Of a stretch of 64,000 nt of DNA, positions 48,738 to 61,014 are shown one piece after another; within the stretch, counting starts at the first letter, position 1, and every line of letters starts with the position of its first letter. The position numbers and the translations under genes were made by a program. The DNA lies in NCBI RefSeq assembly GCF_036971445.1, contig NC_091476.1, positions 130,758,001 to 130,822,000 on the forward strand, written 5' to 3'. This stretch comes from Narcine bancroftii (lineage: Eukaryota). A model generated the notes under the pieces. That model searched no databases. It had not been told where the DNA came from and saw nothing but the letters and a program-made list of their open reading frames with translations.

Positions 48738-49621
48738 GTACGTTATCTTTGCCTTTGCTTCACCTTGGTAAAGATCAGAGTGGAGTTCAGTGACTTCCCT
48801 GTGGATGAGGCGCCCGATCGCTTTCGGGATCTTCTTATGGAATTGGCATCACTGCCGCAATCTTCCATTATTCCATCTCTTTATGACTGACCAGTGTTGC
48901 GCCTACCTTGTCCCAATCCTGTTCTGGGATTGCGGATTGTCCAGCCCTCCCTGCCTTGCCTCTGAGCTGGGGATAGTCCCGAGCCAGACCGGGTACAGCC
49001 GGCTGAAGAGGCGGAGGGGGAAGGGGCGTAAAATCATGGCCCCAATTACTTTTTTTTTAAACTCCTTTTCCATATTTCCCCAGCTGTCCTGGTGGGATCA
49101 ATGGCTTAGAAATCTGGCTTGTGTTGGGACCTGGTTCTCCCCTTCTCCATTATGTGTGGGTCCATCGGCAAGGTGGTGGCAGGGCGGTGTCGAGACAGAG
49201 CGGGCACACAGGCATGGGTGGATTCGGTGAAGCTTATAGACCACTACTCAAGGCGGCTTTGAATACCCGGGTATGGTGTATTTCAGCGAAACCCTCTCTT
49301 CCTGAATCAGCACTTTTTTCAACCTATCATACACCCGTTTCATTGATCAAGTTATTAAAGCAGAAAATGGTGAAAATACTCCGAATGTCGGGCCACAGCT
49401 GTGGGAAGATAAATAGAATGAACCTTTCAGGCCAAAGACCCTTCATCAGAAGGGTGAAATGTTCATTCCGTTTATCTCTCCAAAGATAGTACTGCCTGCC
49501 CTGCTGGGTGCTTCCAGCCTCTGCAATTTTTTTCCCCAATTTTCCAGAATGTGTTACAGTATTAAATTACAATCTATCATTCTGGCATTTGCAGTTGTGT
49601 GACTTCCAATACATTCCTCAG

Positions 49622-50091
49622 GTTTGTCATCAGAGGATCTTTTAGCTCCTACTTTGTACCACGGTTACTACATCAGACCCAGAATCAATAAACAACTTGG
49701 CCGAGGCTTTTCACAGATTGCAACAAAGCACCATAAATTTCAGGTGTTCCTTGATGTCTGCCAGTTCCTTCCAGATGAACTCTCGGTTCGAACAGTGGAC
49801 AACCTGCTGGAGGTGTCTGGCAGTCATCCTCAGAAATTGGACAGCCACGGCTTTATCTCACGAGAATTCAAACGCACCTACATCCTACCCTTGGACGTGG
49901 ACCCTCTGCTGATCCGAACCACATTATCCCATGATGGCATCCTGTGCATCGAGGCGCAACGGGAAGGAAGCGAGATTCACCCCAAAGTCAACAATGTGAA
50001 AATCAACCTGGAGTCTCCAGCAGGGTTAGGAGTGGCCGGAGCTGAGGAGCAGAAGGATAAGCCGAGTGCCCCGGCGACAAGGACTCATTGA
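49622..50091 (+). CDS. HSPB2: HSPB2 exon 2 (alpha-crystallin domain)
   Basis: cctcag acceptor; PTLYHGYYIRPR, KFQVFLDV, VRTVDNLLEVS, HGFISREF and LSHDGIL; TGA at 50091. Confidence 0.96.
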
Positions 50092-50724
50092 CCTTTGATC
50101 AATGGTTGGCTCTGATATTGGATTCTGCAATGAAAGCTGCATTGCAACAGCTAACTTTCAAACAATTGACAACTGGTTCAATAATTTTAATGTAATCAGT
50201 CAACAAAAATGATGACTAACTTTGAAATATGTTGATGTTTGCTATATCTTTGAAGGTAAAAATTACCGATGAATGTAACTGAATTAAAGTAAGAGAATGA
50301 GCGAGATATTTAACTCCTGCCTCCTTTTCCTTTCCCCTTGCTTCATGTGGCTGGGAAACAATGGCTGCCATTAGAGTACCTGCCCACCATCTCTCTGCCT
50401 TTCTATTCACAGGGAGATTCCATAACAGCAGGCTTTTCAAAAATGGAGCTTTCTTTGCTCAAGTTGAATCTGAATCCCACTTCCTCCTGGTTCTTGAGTG
50501 AAGAATCCTGCCTCCTTAGATATCCATTGGTTAAATAACCAACTTAGAAGGACTGATATTACATTTAACTAAAACCAAGTTGAACATCTAAACTGGAAAA
50601 CTACTAATATTTCTCAATGTTTAGTTTTTATGAAAAAGTTCTTTGGATTTGCAGGTAATTATATTAATTTAATTGTAGTGCAGATAGTTATTTTTCAGCT
50701 GCACTGGTAGCCATTGTTACAATT

Positions 50725-50730
50725 AATAAA
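50725..50730 (+). terminator. Probable HSPB2 polyadenylation signal AATAAA
   Basis: AATAAA followed by the GT-rich tttgttgtggt. Confidence 0.6.
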
Positions 50731-50862
50731 AACAGTGTAGAATAATTTGTTGTGGTATTCTCCCAACTATTTCTTCTCCCGACACCCAGAAAACTTTTCA
50801 GCCCTTAAAATCTATGCTAGCTCCCAGAGCAATCCCATCAATTTCATTCCCTCATTTATTTC

Positions 50863-51028
50863 TGTTATGTATTTGTGACTTAGTAATGCATTAGCACACA
50901 GAGACGTGAAGCTTCTTTCATGGATTAAGTTAAAGATGGGTCCCCCCAGTACACGGTATTATATGAGTGACAATGTCATCACGCTCAGTGTGATGACATC
51001 ACATGCACACAGGCATATATACATAACA
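50863..51028. mobile_element. Very short solo LTR-like element (166 bp) with a 5-bp TSD (ATTTC)
   Basis: Perfect 10-bp inverted termini tgttatgtat/atacataaca; atttc on both flanks. Confidence 0.8.
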
Positions 51029-51929
51029 ATTTCCCCGTACTCTTCCATCTACTAATCCCCACCTCACCTTGCCTCTACTTCACCCCTCATCCATCTACAA
51101 GAAGGGTAATTCACTGGCCATTTAATATTGAACTTTAGAAATGTACAGGATGGGCGCATTGGCCCATTGATTCCACGCTGATCCTACTCTAACCCATATT
51201 CCCATGAACTTTTGATGAATTGTACTGCTCTCCTACTCTGTAGGGGCCATGGACAGTGACCAATACATTTCACAAAGACTGCACCAGAGAACAGGACCAA
51301 ATCTGAGTCACTAGTGCTGTACAGGAATCAATAGTTCTTTAACTCTGTGCAAGCAGTATTTTTTTTTCAATTTATCCTGGTGTCATTGGCAAAGCCAGCA
51401 TCTGTTTCCCATCTTTTCCCCGTCCTGACTAGGCAGTCATGAACAATTTTCTTGGACCACTGAAGTCCTTCTGGTAAAGATACTCTCTCAAGAAGATTTC
51501 CGGGAATTAGTTCCTGCCACACTGAAGGAGCAGTGACATAATTGCAATGATGATGTGCGACTGGAAGGGGAACCCATAGTTCCCTTGTGTCTACAGCCCA
51601 CTTAGAGGAAGAGGTTGTGGATTTGGGAAGTGTTGTTGGGGCAACCTTGTTGAGTACCTACAGGCTATTTTGTCCATTTTTATATTTTACATCTGATCTG
51701 TGGTATTCCACACATATGCACTTATTCTGTATCCCTTAATAACAAGTCAGTATTAAGATGAGTTGTAAAGAACAATTAGCCTACCTAACATGATCAGCAT
51801 GGGCAGGTTGGGCAGAAAGGCCTGTTTCTTCACAGCATGAGTCTATGACTTGCCATTTTGTAGAAGAGAGTTTCCAAGTGCTACTCCCACTGTTATTTCC
51901 AAGTACTGTCAATAGATGAAGAGGTGAGA

Positions 51930-52545
51930 CAGATTCTTGGAGGATAACACAAATCATCCCATTTGCCCATTATCCCCAACTCACTGCTGCTCCAAAAGAT
52001 TCCTAACAAGCTCAATAGCATGAATCTCCCAGTGGCACCCATTTCAATTTCCCACCCCATTCCCATGTCTGTCCATGGTCTCAAGCACTGCCAGAATGAG
52101 ACCACTTGCTAATTATAGGAACAACACCTCTGCCTGGGCATGCTCCAAGCAGATGGCAGTAACATCGACTTCTCTGGTTTCCATTAGCCCACCCCCCCCA
52201 AAAGAAAAACCTTTCCTATAACCCCTTTCCTCTAGCTCTCTCTATTCCCTGTTCCCTCTGTCTCCCTTCACAGAACCAAAAACAAACCCTTTCCCTGATC
52301 AATTCTCAATTTTCCCCTCTTCTGTCCCCTTACCATATCCAATTAACATCTTTTGTCTATTGATCTGTACTCCTCTATCTGCCATTCTTCCCTTTTCATT
52401 AGTCTTTTAATATCAGCACCTGTCTGGTTTTTACTCATATCTTGGGAAAGAGCTCAGGCCCAAAACATCAGCAAAATCTGCTGAGTTCCGCCACGATTTC
52501 TGTTTTCACTACAATCACAGTGTCTGCAGATTTTCATGTTTCACT
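51930..52545 (+). mobile_element. Penelope-like element 3' fragment
   Basis: Degenerate PVAxHFN..., EQHL..LGMLQADGSNIDFS and the same pyrimidine-rich tail as the 40.1-40.7 kb copy. Confidence 0.7.
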
Positions 52546-53290
52546 CTAGATATCAATGCCAACATTGCACCCACCTTCTTCAGTAGTTTAGGCTATCCTG
52601 TAAGAGGACTCCAAGTCCATTTGCAACTCTGAACTTTGAATTTTCTCTCCATCCAAATAATAGTCTGTCCTTTTATTCCTTCTGTCAAAGTGCATGAACG
52701 TACAATTTCCAACATTATATTTCATTTGCAAATTCTTTGCCCTTTCTCCTAATCTAAGTCTCTCTCTGTAGCCTCTCCATTTCCTCCTCACTACCTGCCC
52801 CTCCCCCATCTGCAAACTTAGCCACAAAGACATTTATTCTGCAATCTTTATCATTTGCATACAACATAAAAAGAAATGCTCCCAACACCGAACTCTCCGG
52901 AACAGGTAACTGGTAGCCATCTGGAATGGGAGCCATTTATTCCTACTGTCTGTTTCCTGCCAATGAGCCAATGGTCTACCCACGATTGTATCTTTCCTGT
53001 AAATCCATGGGCCCATGAGTCTGTGCCACCCAATTTACACCCAATTAACCTGCACCCCCAGTGGTGGGTGGAAGGAAACCGGAGCCCCCAGGGAAAACCC
53101 ACACAGACATGGGGAGAATGGACAAACTCTTGACAGACAGCGTGGAATTCGAACCCTAGTCCTGATTGCTGGCATTGTAAAAGCATTGCACAAACTGCAA
53201 CACCAACCATGCTGTTCTTTGCCAGAAGCCTTTTAAAATTCTAACTATATGACATCCGCCACATCTCCTTTGTTTTGCCTGCTTGTGTTT
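52545..53290 (-). mobile_element. CR1 RT fragment interrupted by a tRNA-derived SINE (~52990-53212, minus strand)
   Basis: SVLGAFLFMLYAND...VAKFAD and QMKYNVGNCTFMHF; the SINE body matches the 22781-23020 copy. Confidence 0.8.
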
Positions 53291-54308
53291 ACTTAACACT
53301 GATCTTTCAGGGGCATAGATAGGGTAAATAGACAAAGCCTTCTTCCTGGAACATGGGAGTCTAGAACAGTAAGTGTGAGGTGAGAGCCAAGTAATTTAAA
53401 GGAGACCTGAAGGGTATGCTTTTCACACCTGGAGGATTGAGCTCCCAGAGGAGGTAGAGGCAGATTAAATTATAATGTTTATAAGTATTTGTACTTGAAT
53501 ACAAAAGGAGTACTTGAAGCCAAATGCAAGCAAATGACAGTGTAGACGATGAGTTGGCCAAAGAGCCCATTTCTGTGCTGTATGACTTTATGACTCTGAC
53601 ATTCACAACAACAGCTGCAGCTTTTATTTATATAAGACCCTTAATGCAGGAAAATCTCCCAACTGCTTCATAGCAATTTTACCAAACATTGATGCCATCA
53701 GGAAATATGGGGCAGAGAGCCAAACATTAGATCATACTGGTAGCTTTTAAAATTTGTGGTAAGGATGAACTGGAGGTCACAAGGGCTTAGGTGTTTAGAG
53801 CTAAAAGCATCAAATTCAAGGATGTTCGGAAGTCTACAATGTAGGAGCACAGATACCTTGGAGATTTTTAGGACTGATTACAGATGTGGGAAGGTGTGGT
53901 ACCATGGAGGGGTGTGGAGAAGGGATAAGGAGAACATCTCATGTTCCAATCTCCATGGGGCTGAGGTTACTTTTGCTAATGATGTCATCAGACAGATTTA
54001 AATACTTGCAATGACTTGCTAAATTTGAAAATTAATGTTATGACTTTATCTTCAATAAATTTATCTTTTAAATTAATCTTTGGTATGTTTTTCATTCTGA
54101 GCTGCTTGCAGTTCATCTAAGTGCTTAATTTTAAATAAATATATTGGTTTGACAAATCACATTTTTGGTTATCTTGGTATGGTTACTTTGGTTCCAGTTA
54201 CCCAGAAGCAGTCCTGATTAGATCAGTTAAGGTCCAAAAATATAACAGGGACAGCTGCAGGGTGCTTTGTAAGTGAGACAGAATAAAACATTTGTGGTTG
54301 TTTGGGAT

Positions 54309-54423
54309 TGAGCTTTGCACACTTTTTTTTTAATTTTTTTTATTTTTCACACCATAAACCACATTAACCATGATACACACTTTTTCCTTTTCAAACATAT
54401 ACAGTGAGCTTTGCACACTTTTT
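54309..54423 (-). mobile_element. Severely 5'-truncated L1-type retroinsertion with a 19-bp TSD
   Basis: tgagctttgcacacttttt at 54309-54327 and 54405-54423; minus-strand AATAAA and A-tail; TTTT/AA target site. Confidence 0.85.
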
Positions 54424-54866
54424 AAAAGGAGAATTTAAACGATTTTAAATTTATCCAAGTACTTTTTGCATTGGTATATATATTATAAATGAAAATTCTT
54501 GCCTCAATAGTTTTTCCAGGATTCTGTTAGTGAAATGTGGGATGTGGTGTGTCCAAAAGATCAAGTGTGCAATATCTGGGATGTGAATCGAGAGCAGTAA
54601 TGAGGTTTAGTTAGATGTTTGTCAAAGGAAAGGCAGAGAGGGAATGCGAAAGGTAAGACATTCACAGTCGGAGTCACACAGAGTGTTAGGAACAGAAATG
54701 ATCAGAACAATGTTGGACATAACTTTTCACTCTGTCTGAAATGTGAGAGGACAGATGAAAAAGCTGAATCCAATCAGGACAAAGTATTATTTTTTCCAAC
54801 ACTTTTTTATAGTTATGAACTCTACTGTAAAGTCTTGTTAGAAACAGAATTTACCTTTAAAGAAAT

Positions 54867-55532
54867 TGCTCGAGACAAAAATTGAGAACAAAGAACATTT
54901 ATTACAACAACAATGCAAAGTTTGGTGCTTCCCCTTACCTTGGGAATACACACATACACTGGGGCTCACCCAACTTTTATGCAGTCAATTTCAGTATCAG
55001 AATACCCTCCCGCTTACATTCTTCTGCCCCCTGGATGGGTTTGGCATAGGCAATCTTTCCTGCCTACGTGCAGTTTCAGTATACTTGGAGGACCAGGGGG
55101 TATCCTGTCGGTGTCCCTTCATGTTATTGTCGTTATTCACACCTTCCTGATTCTCGGGGCTACAGTCTCTTGGTATGCAGAGTTGGCTCATCCTGTCTAG
55201 GGTTGGCTAATTTAATATGTATAAATCTGTGAAAGGTTAACTAATTAGATATGTAGGACTTGGTACTTCTGTCTAGGGCTAGGAGACCCTTATCTGATCC
55301 AGGCTACCTCAACTTCCTACATTCTATTGTTCCTTACCACTCCTTATCTTAGTCTTATGGTGGCTCTTGTCACAAAGACTAGAAGATTCTTATGTTAATC
55401 GTGCTGACTTTGCTTTCCTGCATCCTAATTCCCAAGCTCATCCTGCTTGTACTGGTTACAGCCATTAACTGATGTATGAATTTTAGTTTCCTTCATGTTC
55501 ATAATTTTAGATCAGTTTTCCCATCTCTCACA
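54867..55532 (-). mobile_element. Possible solo LTR (~670 bp)
   Basis: TG...CA ends and a minus-strand AATAAA near one end; no clear TSD. Confidence 0.4.
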
Positions 55533-55799
55533 GTCTTAAGCTTAAAAAAATCATGCCTATAGGTTAAATAATTATTACAATTTACTAGACATCCACATTC
55601 AAAAGTAACAGTTGTTAGAGACAAACACCAGGATTGTCAAAAGATGCCTGCAAGGTGGGTGGCTCATTTAACAGCTGTTCCCGAATTGGAAGGAAAACAA
55701 ATCAAATTGCAGATGCAAATAGCTGAAATAAAATCAGAAGAACTCAGCCAGTCAGACAGCATCACTGGAAAGAGAAATCTCTTAACATTTCAGGTCAAT

Positions 55800-56538
55800 G
55801 GCATTGAGGAAATGTACAGGAGGGAGATAGATCAGCTCTTTGACAACTTTGCGCTCAATGTTAGCAAAATCAAGGAAATGATTGTGGGCTTCAGGAGGGA
55901 GTCAGGGGAACACGATCAAGTCCTCTTCAAGGGCTCAGTAGTGGAGAGGATCAAGAATTTCAAATTCCTGGGTATCAACATCACTGAGAATCCGTCCTGG
56001 AGCCTCCATAGTCATGCAATCACCCACTAGTGGTTATACTTTGTAAGGTGCTTGAGGAGATTTGATATATCATTGAAGACTCAAAAATTTATACAGGTTT
56101 ACCATGGAGAGCATTCTGGCTGATTGCATCACCGACTGGTATGGCGCTGCCAACTCTCAGGACAAGAAAAACTCCAAAGGATTGTTAACTTGCCCTGCGA
56201 CATCACAGGCACCAGACTTCACTCCACTGAGGACATCTACATGAGATGGTGTCTTAAAAAAGCAGCCTCTAACCTCCAAGTCCCCAACCACCCAGGCCAT
56301 GCCCTCTTCAGTCTGCTACCATCGGGAAGGAGGTACAGGAGCCTAAAGATGAGCACAAGGGCAGCTTCTTTCCTGCTGCCATCAGATTCTTGAATGACCA
56401 ATGAACCAGACACTGCCTTACTTTTCGTGCACTACTATTTTTATATATTATTGTTGTAAGATGGTTCATAATATGAATTTTTGCCGCAAAACACCGAACT
56501 TCGTGACTTGTTCGTGACAATAAATTCTGATTCTGATT
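55800..56538 (+). mobile_element. Rex-Babar-like LINE 3' fragment
   Basis: ALNVSKIKEMIVGFRR, FKFLGINITENPSW, NHPGHALFSLLPSGRRYRSL; tail aataaattctgattctga. Confidence 0.88.
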
Positions 56539-59279
56539 TCCTAGAAATGGTTTCTGAAGCAGGTCCCTGACCCAAAACCTTTGCTGGTTTCTCTCTCCAG
56601 ATATGCCTCATCTCTGGCAGACTTCTCCCAGAATTTCTCTTCTCTTCCCTGATTCAGAGGTGGTGGGTTGAAGTCCACTCTCATGATTTGACCCCACAGA
56701 CTGAAGGCATTGTACCTTGTCAGATGAGGTCCTCAGGTGGATGTGAAAGGTCCTTGATGCTATTTTAAAGAATTAAATCATCTAGGAAAAACTCTCTGAC
56801 CTATCTACCCTATCTCTGTCCCTAATAATTTTATACATCCATATCAGATCACTTCACAATTGTCAACGTTTCATTGAGAATAATCCCATCTATTCAATCT
56901 CTCTTTGCAAGTAAAGTCAACACCTTGAAAAAATCTCTGCTCCCTTTGATGCTGCCACATTCTTTGTGTAGTATAGTGACTGGATCTGTGCACAATACTC
57001 CAAATATAGCCTGACCAATTTTTGCACAGTTGCTACACGACATTCCTCTCATACTCAAGGCCAAATGCTTTCTTCAACTCCTTATCTATCAGTGTGGCCA
57101 CCCTCAGGGAACTATGAACTCACATCAACACACTTAAAGTCCCTGCCATTTACAGTACATTCACCATTGGTATTTGATGTTCCAAAATGCAAAATGTGTC
57201 AATTCCCTTGCTTTAAGTTTTTACAGTGAATCATAGAATTTTAGAGAAGTGTAAGGGCACACCATCTCAAGTGGTTATCTATATTTAACAAATAATGCAC
57301 AAATTAAAGAAAAACTAATTAGTTGACTAGCCTTAGAGTGTTCAACTGTTCAAGATTGCCTGATGGACAACATCTCTCCTTTTCCTCCTCTTCTCTGCTG
57401 TTCCATAGGATTGAAGGGTACTTGTTTCCTCCACAGATATGAAGACCATGTATATATTCATTTAGTGTATGCAAGTTATTACAGAGTTTTGTCAGTGCAA
57501 GCTCTTGGTCCAGAGTTTTCTGCATGGATTATCACACGCAGATACCGGCTCTTCCTTTATTCCCCACACACACAAACTCTATTCCCACTCACTCTCTTGC
57601 TCTAGCCTCTTCCACAGCCCTCTCCACTTCCTCCCCAACCCCTCCCTCTCTTGCCTCTTCACAATACTCTCTCCTCCTTCCCTTGAATTCCTCCCTCCCT
57701 CAGAATAGCCACCCTCCCTTCTATTTCCCTTGGTCATCTCTCCCCTTTTCTCCTCTTCTTCAGTATCCCATGCCTACCTTTCTCTCCTCTCTGTTGCTTT
57801 AGACAATTAATGTGTCAGTATTATGAAAGTCATATTCTGCCAACATTCTTGCTGTTTTCTGATTGTAATCATTCACAGGCAGAAGCCTCATTCATCCTGA
57901 GGACCTAGACTTCTGCGTCTATGCTGAGTTTGTTCATTGCACTGGACCCCAGCATCTGCAGATATTCCTGTTTAACTGCTGCATCTATCAGTGGTTTGGT
58001 GCTAATGCAGAATGTCAGCCTGTTTTTTCACAAACTCCATTCTCATGGAAAACAAATTAAACTCAGTCTATTGATGATGTTTCCAACTGACACAGGCTCC
58101 TTCTTTAATCTCTGGCATCATTGCTAAAACTCAGCCTTCTTAACACCAGCCATTAGTCAGCAGTTCCAAAATGACTGATGAATGAGATAAAGCTCTTTAA
58201 CAATGTTGTCTTTTATAAACTGCCAATGTTTGAGAATGACAAGTTCCAGACAGAAAGGGACATCACTGGGCTGAACAGTGAAATATATAATGGCTGAACA
58301 AAACTAAATGAAGAAGTATTTCATAAAATAATTAAGAAAATACTTTTAAATATGGATTCATTTACAGGATATTCACCTATGATGATCACTGACCAGCACT
58401 AATTTTTCCTTAACCAAATAGCTGTGAGTTTATTGTCCTGGTGGCTCTGGAGTCAGATAATGGCCTGGGGTAGCAGAAGAAATGTACATGTACATTTATA
58501 GCAGAAATACTGTTAATGACAATCAATGGTTCTACAGTTACCTTTTTTTTGGTGCACCGTTCCCAGAGGCACTGCAATACTGGGTCGATGCATGGAGTGG
58601 ACGGAGCAAGCATGTTATGCACCTTTTTATGTTAGATTTATTTAATTACTTATATTTAAATTCTCTTACTATTATGCTGGGATTTGAAATCATGTTTCCA
58701 GATCAACAGTCCAGACCTCTGGATAATAATCCAGTAACTTGCTATGGTATTTTAAAATAATTTCCAATAATGCACGGAGATCAGTGATAAGATTGGAAAT
58801 GGAATTTTAAAGACCAGTTGAAATAAAACTTGTTACTTCTGAAATGTTTGTGGAAATTGATTTGTTTTTCAAAAAAATGTGTTCAATATTGTTGTTCTTT
58901 ACAGTACACTGTACTGATTTATGACACACTCACCATTGATTCCCAACTTTCACAGAAACACATCAAAGCACATTGAAGCAAGAAAGCATCTCACAAAACA
59001 GTAGAAGAGATAGCCAACGATCTCATCAAGCCAGGCCCTCTAACTCATCCTCAATCCAAACCCAGTTTTCTTGCCTTCTGACAGGCCTCCTCTGGTGTCC
59101 CACACAGACAGCTTATTGATGTTCTGACTATCCTTCCTCCCTCAGCACAAGGAGCTGCAGACCCTAAGTATCTCCCCTCCTCACAATGGATAAAACATCA
59201 TCATCAGAGAGAGAGAAAAAAAAAGCTCAAATCAATTGGGTTTAATTTAGAATACCTAAAATAATCACAACTAATGTTG

Positions 59280-60400
59280 GACAACGTAATGGAGTAGTGG
59301 CCGGTAGGAGAATACCAGCTCTCTCCAGAAAAGAAGAAATAAAGTGAAGAAAATACAAAGTTCAAGAAATACAAAACATATTTTCTTTTATTAGTCCTCC
59401 CAAGCAGTTTCTGCATAGATCTGTTCTTTGATCATTACCTGTGATGTGAGACATGGAAGAAAGCCTCTACTTCCCCAGGAGTTTGCGGAGGAGCTAGTGG
59501 AGTTGTTCAAGTGAACCGGTACGGATTTGAAGGGCCGACATGGCCTGTTTCCATGCTGTAAACGGTTATATGGTTATATAACAAATAAAAGATAAAGTAA
59601 GGAAAAGAAAGAAAAAGCACCCAAGAAGCAAAAAGTAAAAACGATGGGAAATAAAGAAGTAAAGACGCCGGAAGAGAAAGGAGAAGGCCTTACCTGCATG
59701 AAGAAACAGGGAGCCATCATGGAGAAGAGAGCCCATTCCCCAAGATTGGTGACAACCCCACAGAGTCGCGACCTCCCGACCGCTGGACTGCAAAAATGGC
59801 TCTCTGAGCCAAACAAAAGCGCGCAACTGCACATGCATGGGGAGTGTGCTCACTAAGGAAAAAGAGAACACTGACGGGAGGAGGAGCGAGCAAACACAGT
59901 GCGACCAGCTGAGGGATGCCCGACACCAGGGCTCTCAGCTGGAAGAAGAGGAAAGCGACAGGAAAGGGAATGATAGGAAAGAACATCAACAGGAGGCCCA
60001 ACAGATGACTAGCCCAGAAGAAGAGGACCAACAGCAAGAACCCAAGCAAGAAGAAGCCCAGCAAAGTGAGCCAAGCAACTCAACAGGAAAGTCAGAAGAG
60101 ACACAAATACAAAGAAGAGAAGTAGAAGACACAAACACAGGTGCAAACACAGAAGAAGAGGAAGAAGAAGACCAAAATCTGCACAGACAAATAGAAGGTA
60201 AAATAGATGGACATGAATATAGATTTTAAAAATTTTCAAGAACAAATGAGAGCATTAAAAGAATGGTTGACATTAGAATTTAGTGAAATGAAAAGAAAAA
60301 TGAAAAGTACAGAAGAAAAAGTGAATAGAATAGAGCTGGTCATGACAGAAATAGGGAAAAGATTAGAAAATGTGGAAGAATGAGAAACGGCTGTAGAACT
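59280..60400 (+). mobile_element. L1-like 5' region and ORF1 N-terminus/coiled coil, interrupted by a short CR1 3' end (~59381-59578)
   Basis: A-rich sense strand; E/Q-rich ORF 59837-60229 frameshifts into the heptad segment EQMRALKEWLTLEFSEMKRKMKSTEEKVNRIELVMTEIGKRLENVEE. Confidence 0.6.
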
Positions 60401-60402
60401 AA

Positions 60403-61014
60403 TGCTGGACAATGAAGATTTTGCTTCCTGAAACTTTTGGGTGTATTTTATGGATTTTGGGCTTCAGGTCACAAAAATCATCTTAAAATTTTCCCATCAT
60501 ATACTGGTTTTAGATATTACCTATATTTGTGATTACTTGTCATATTTTAAATGGACGTCATGCAGACAGAACCATGAAATGCAGCATGTCATTGAAAATT
60601 CATTTTCTGCATTCGCAATTGGACGTCTTCCCTGCTGATCTTGGTGCAGTCAGTGATGAACATGATGAAAGGTTTCACCAGAACATTCCGGCCACAGCAA
60701 AACCACATCAGGGCAACTGGAATCCATCAATGCTGGCCAACTATTGTTAGACACTGGCACGAGAAGCATCAGATGCTGAGTACAAACGAAAATCAGTGGC
60801 AAAGTATTTTTAGGTCAGTTGAACTAACGTAATGTTGCAGCATCATTATGCAATTAAACATGCTAAATTCAATGAAAGTTAATGTTTCCCCAACTTCCTA
60901 CATGATAAAGCAAATGTCAAATGATCTTTGTGTTCAACTTATAGTTGTGTATCACAATTCCCAATTTTTTTTTACAGGAAGCAAACCTTTTGAAAACAAA
61001 ATCATTGTCCAATG
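60403..61014 (+). mobile_element. Internally deleted Chapaev3-like (CMC) DNA transposon
   Basis: Transposase C-terminus MSLKIHFLHSQLDVFPADLGAVSDEHDERFHQ...WNPSMLANYC; imperfect TIRs tgctggacaatga / tcattgtccaatg; TAA on both flanks (3-bp TSD). Confidence 0.75.

Noticed and set aside
48790-49489. ORFs of 146 aa and 122 aa inside the HSPB2 locus
   Set aside because: They lie within the HSPB2 intron, have non-ATG starts and show no recognisable motifs.
54245-54275. Possible first exon of C11orf52 (expected next by human synteny) ending at ctttGTAAGT
   Set aside because: A donor-like site exists, but I found no ATG or recognisable C11orf52 peptide. No such exon could be supported in 51-64 kb.
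59837-60229. E/Q-rich 130-aa ORF as a novel host gene
   Set aside because: Its composition, A-rich strand bias and frameshifted coiled coil fit a decayed L1 ORF1; it has a non-ATG start.
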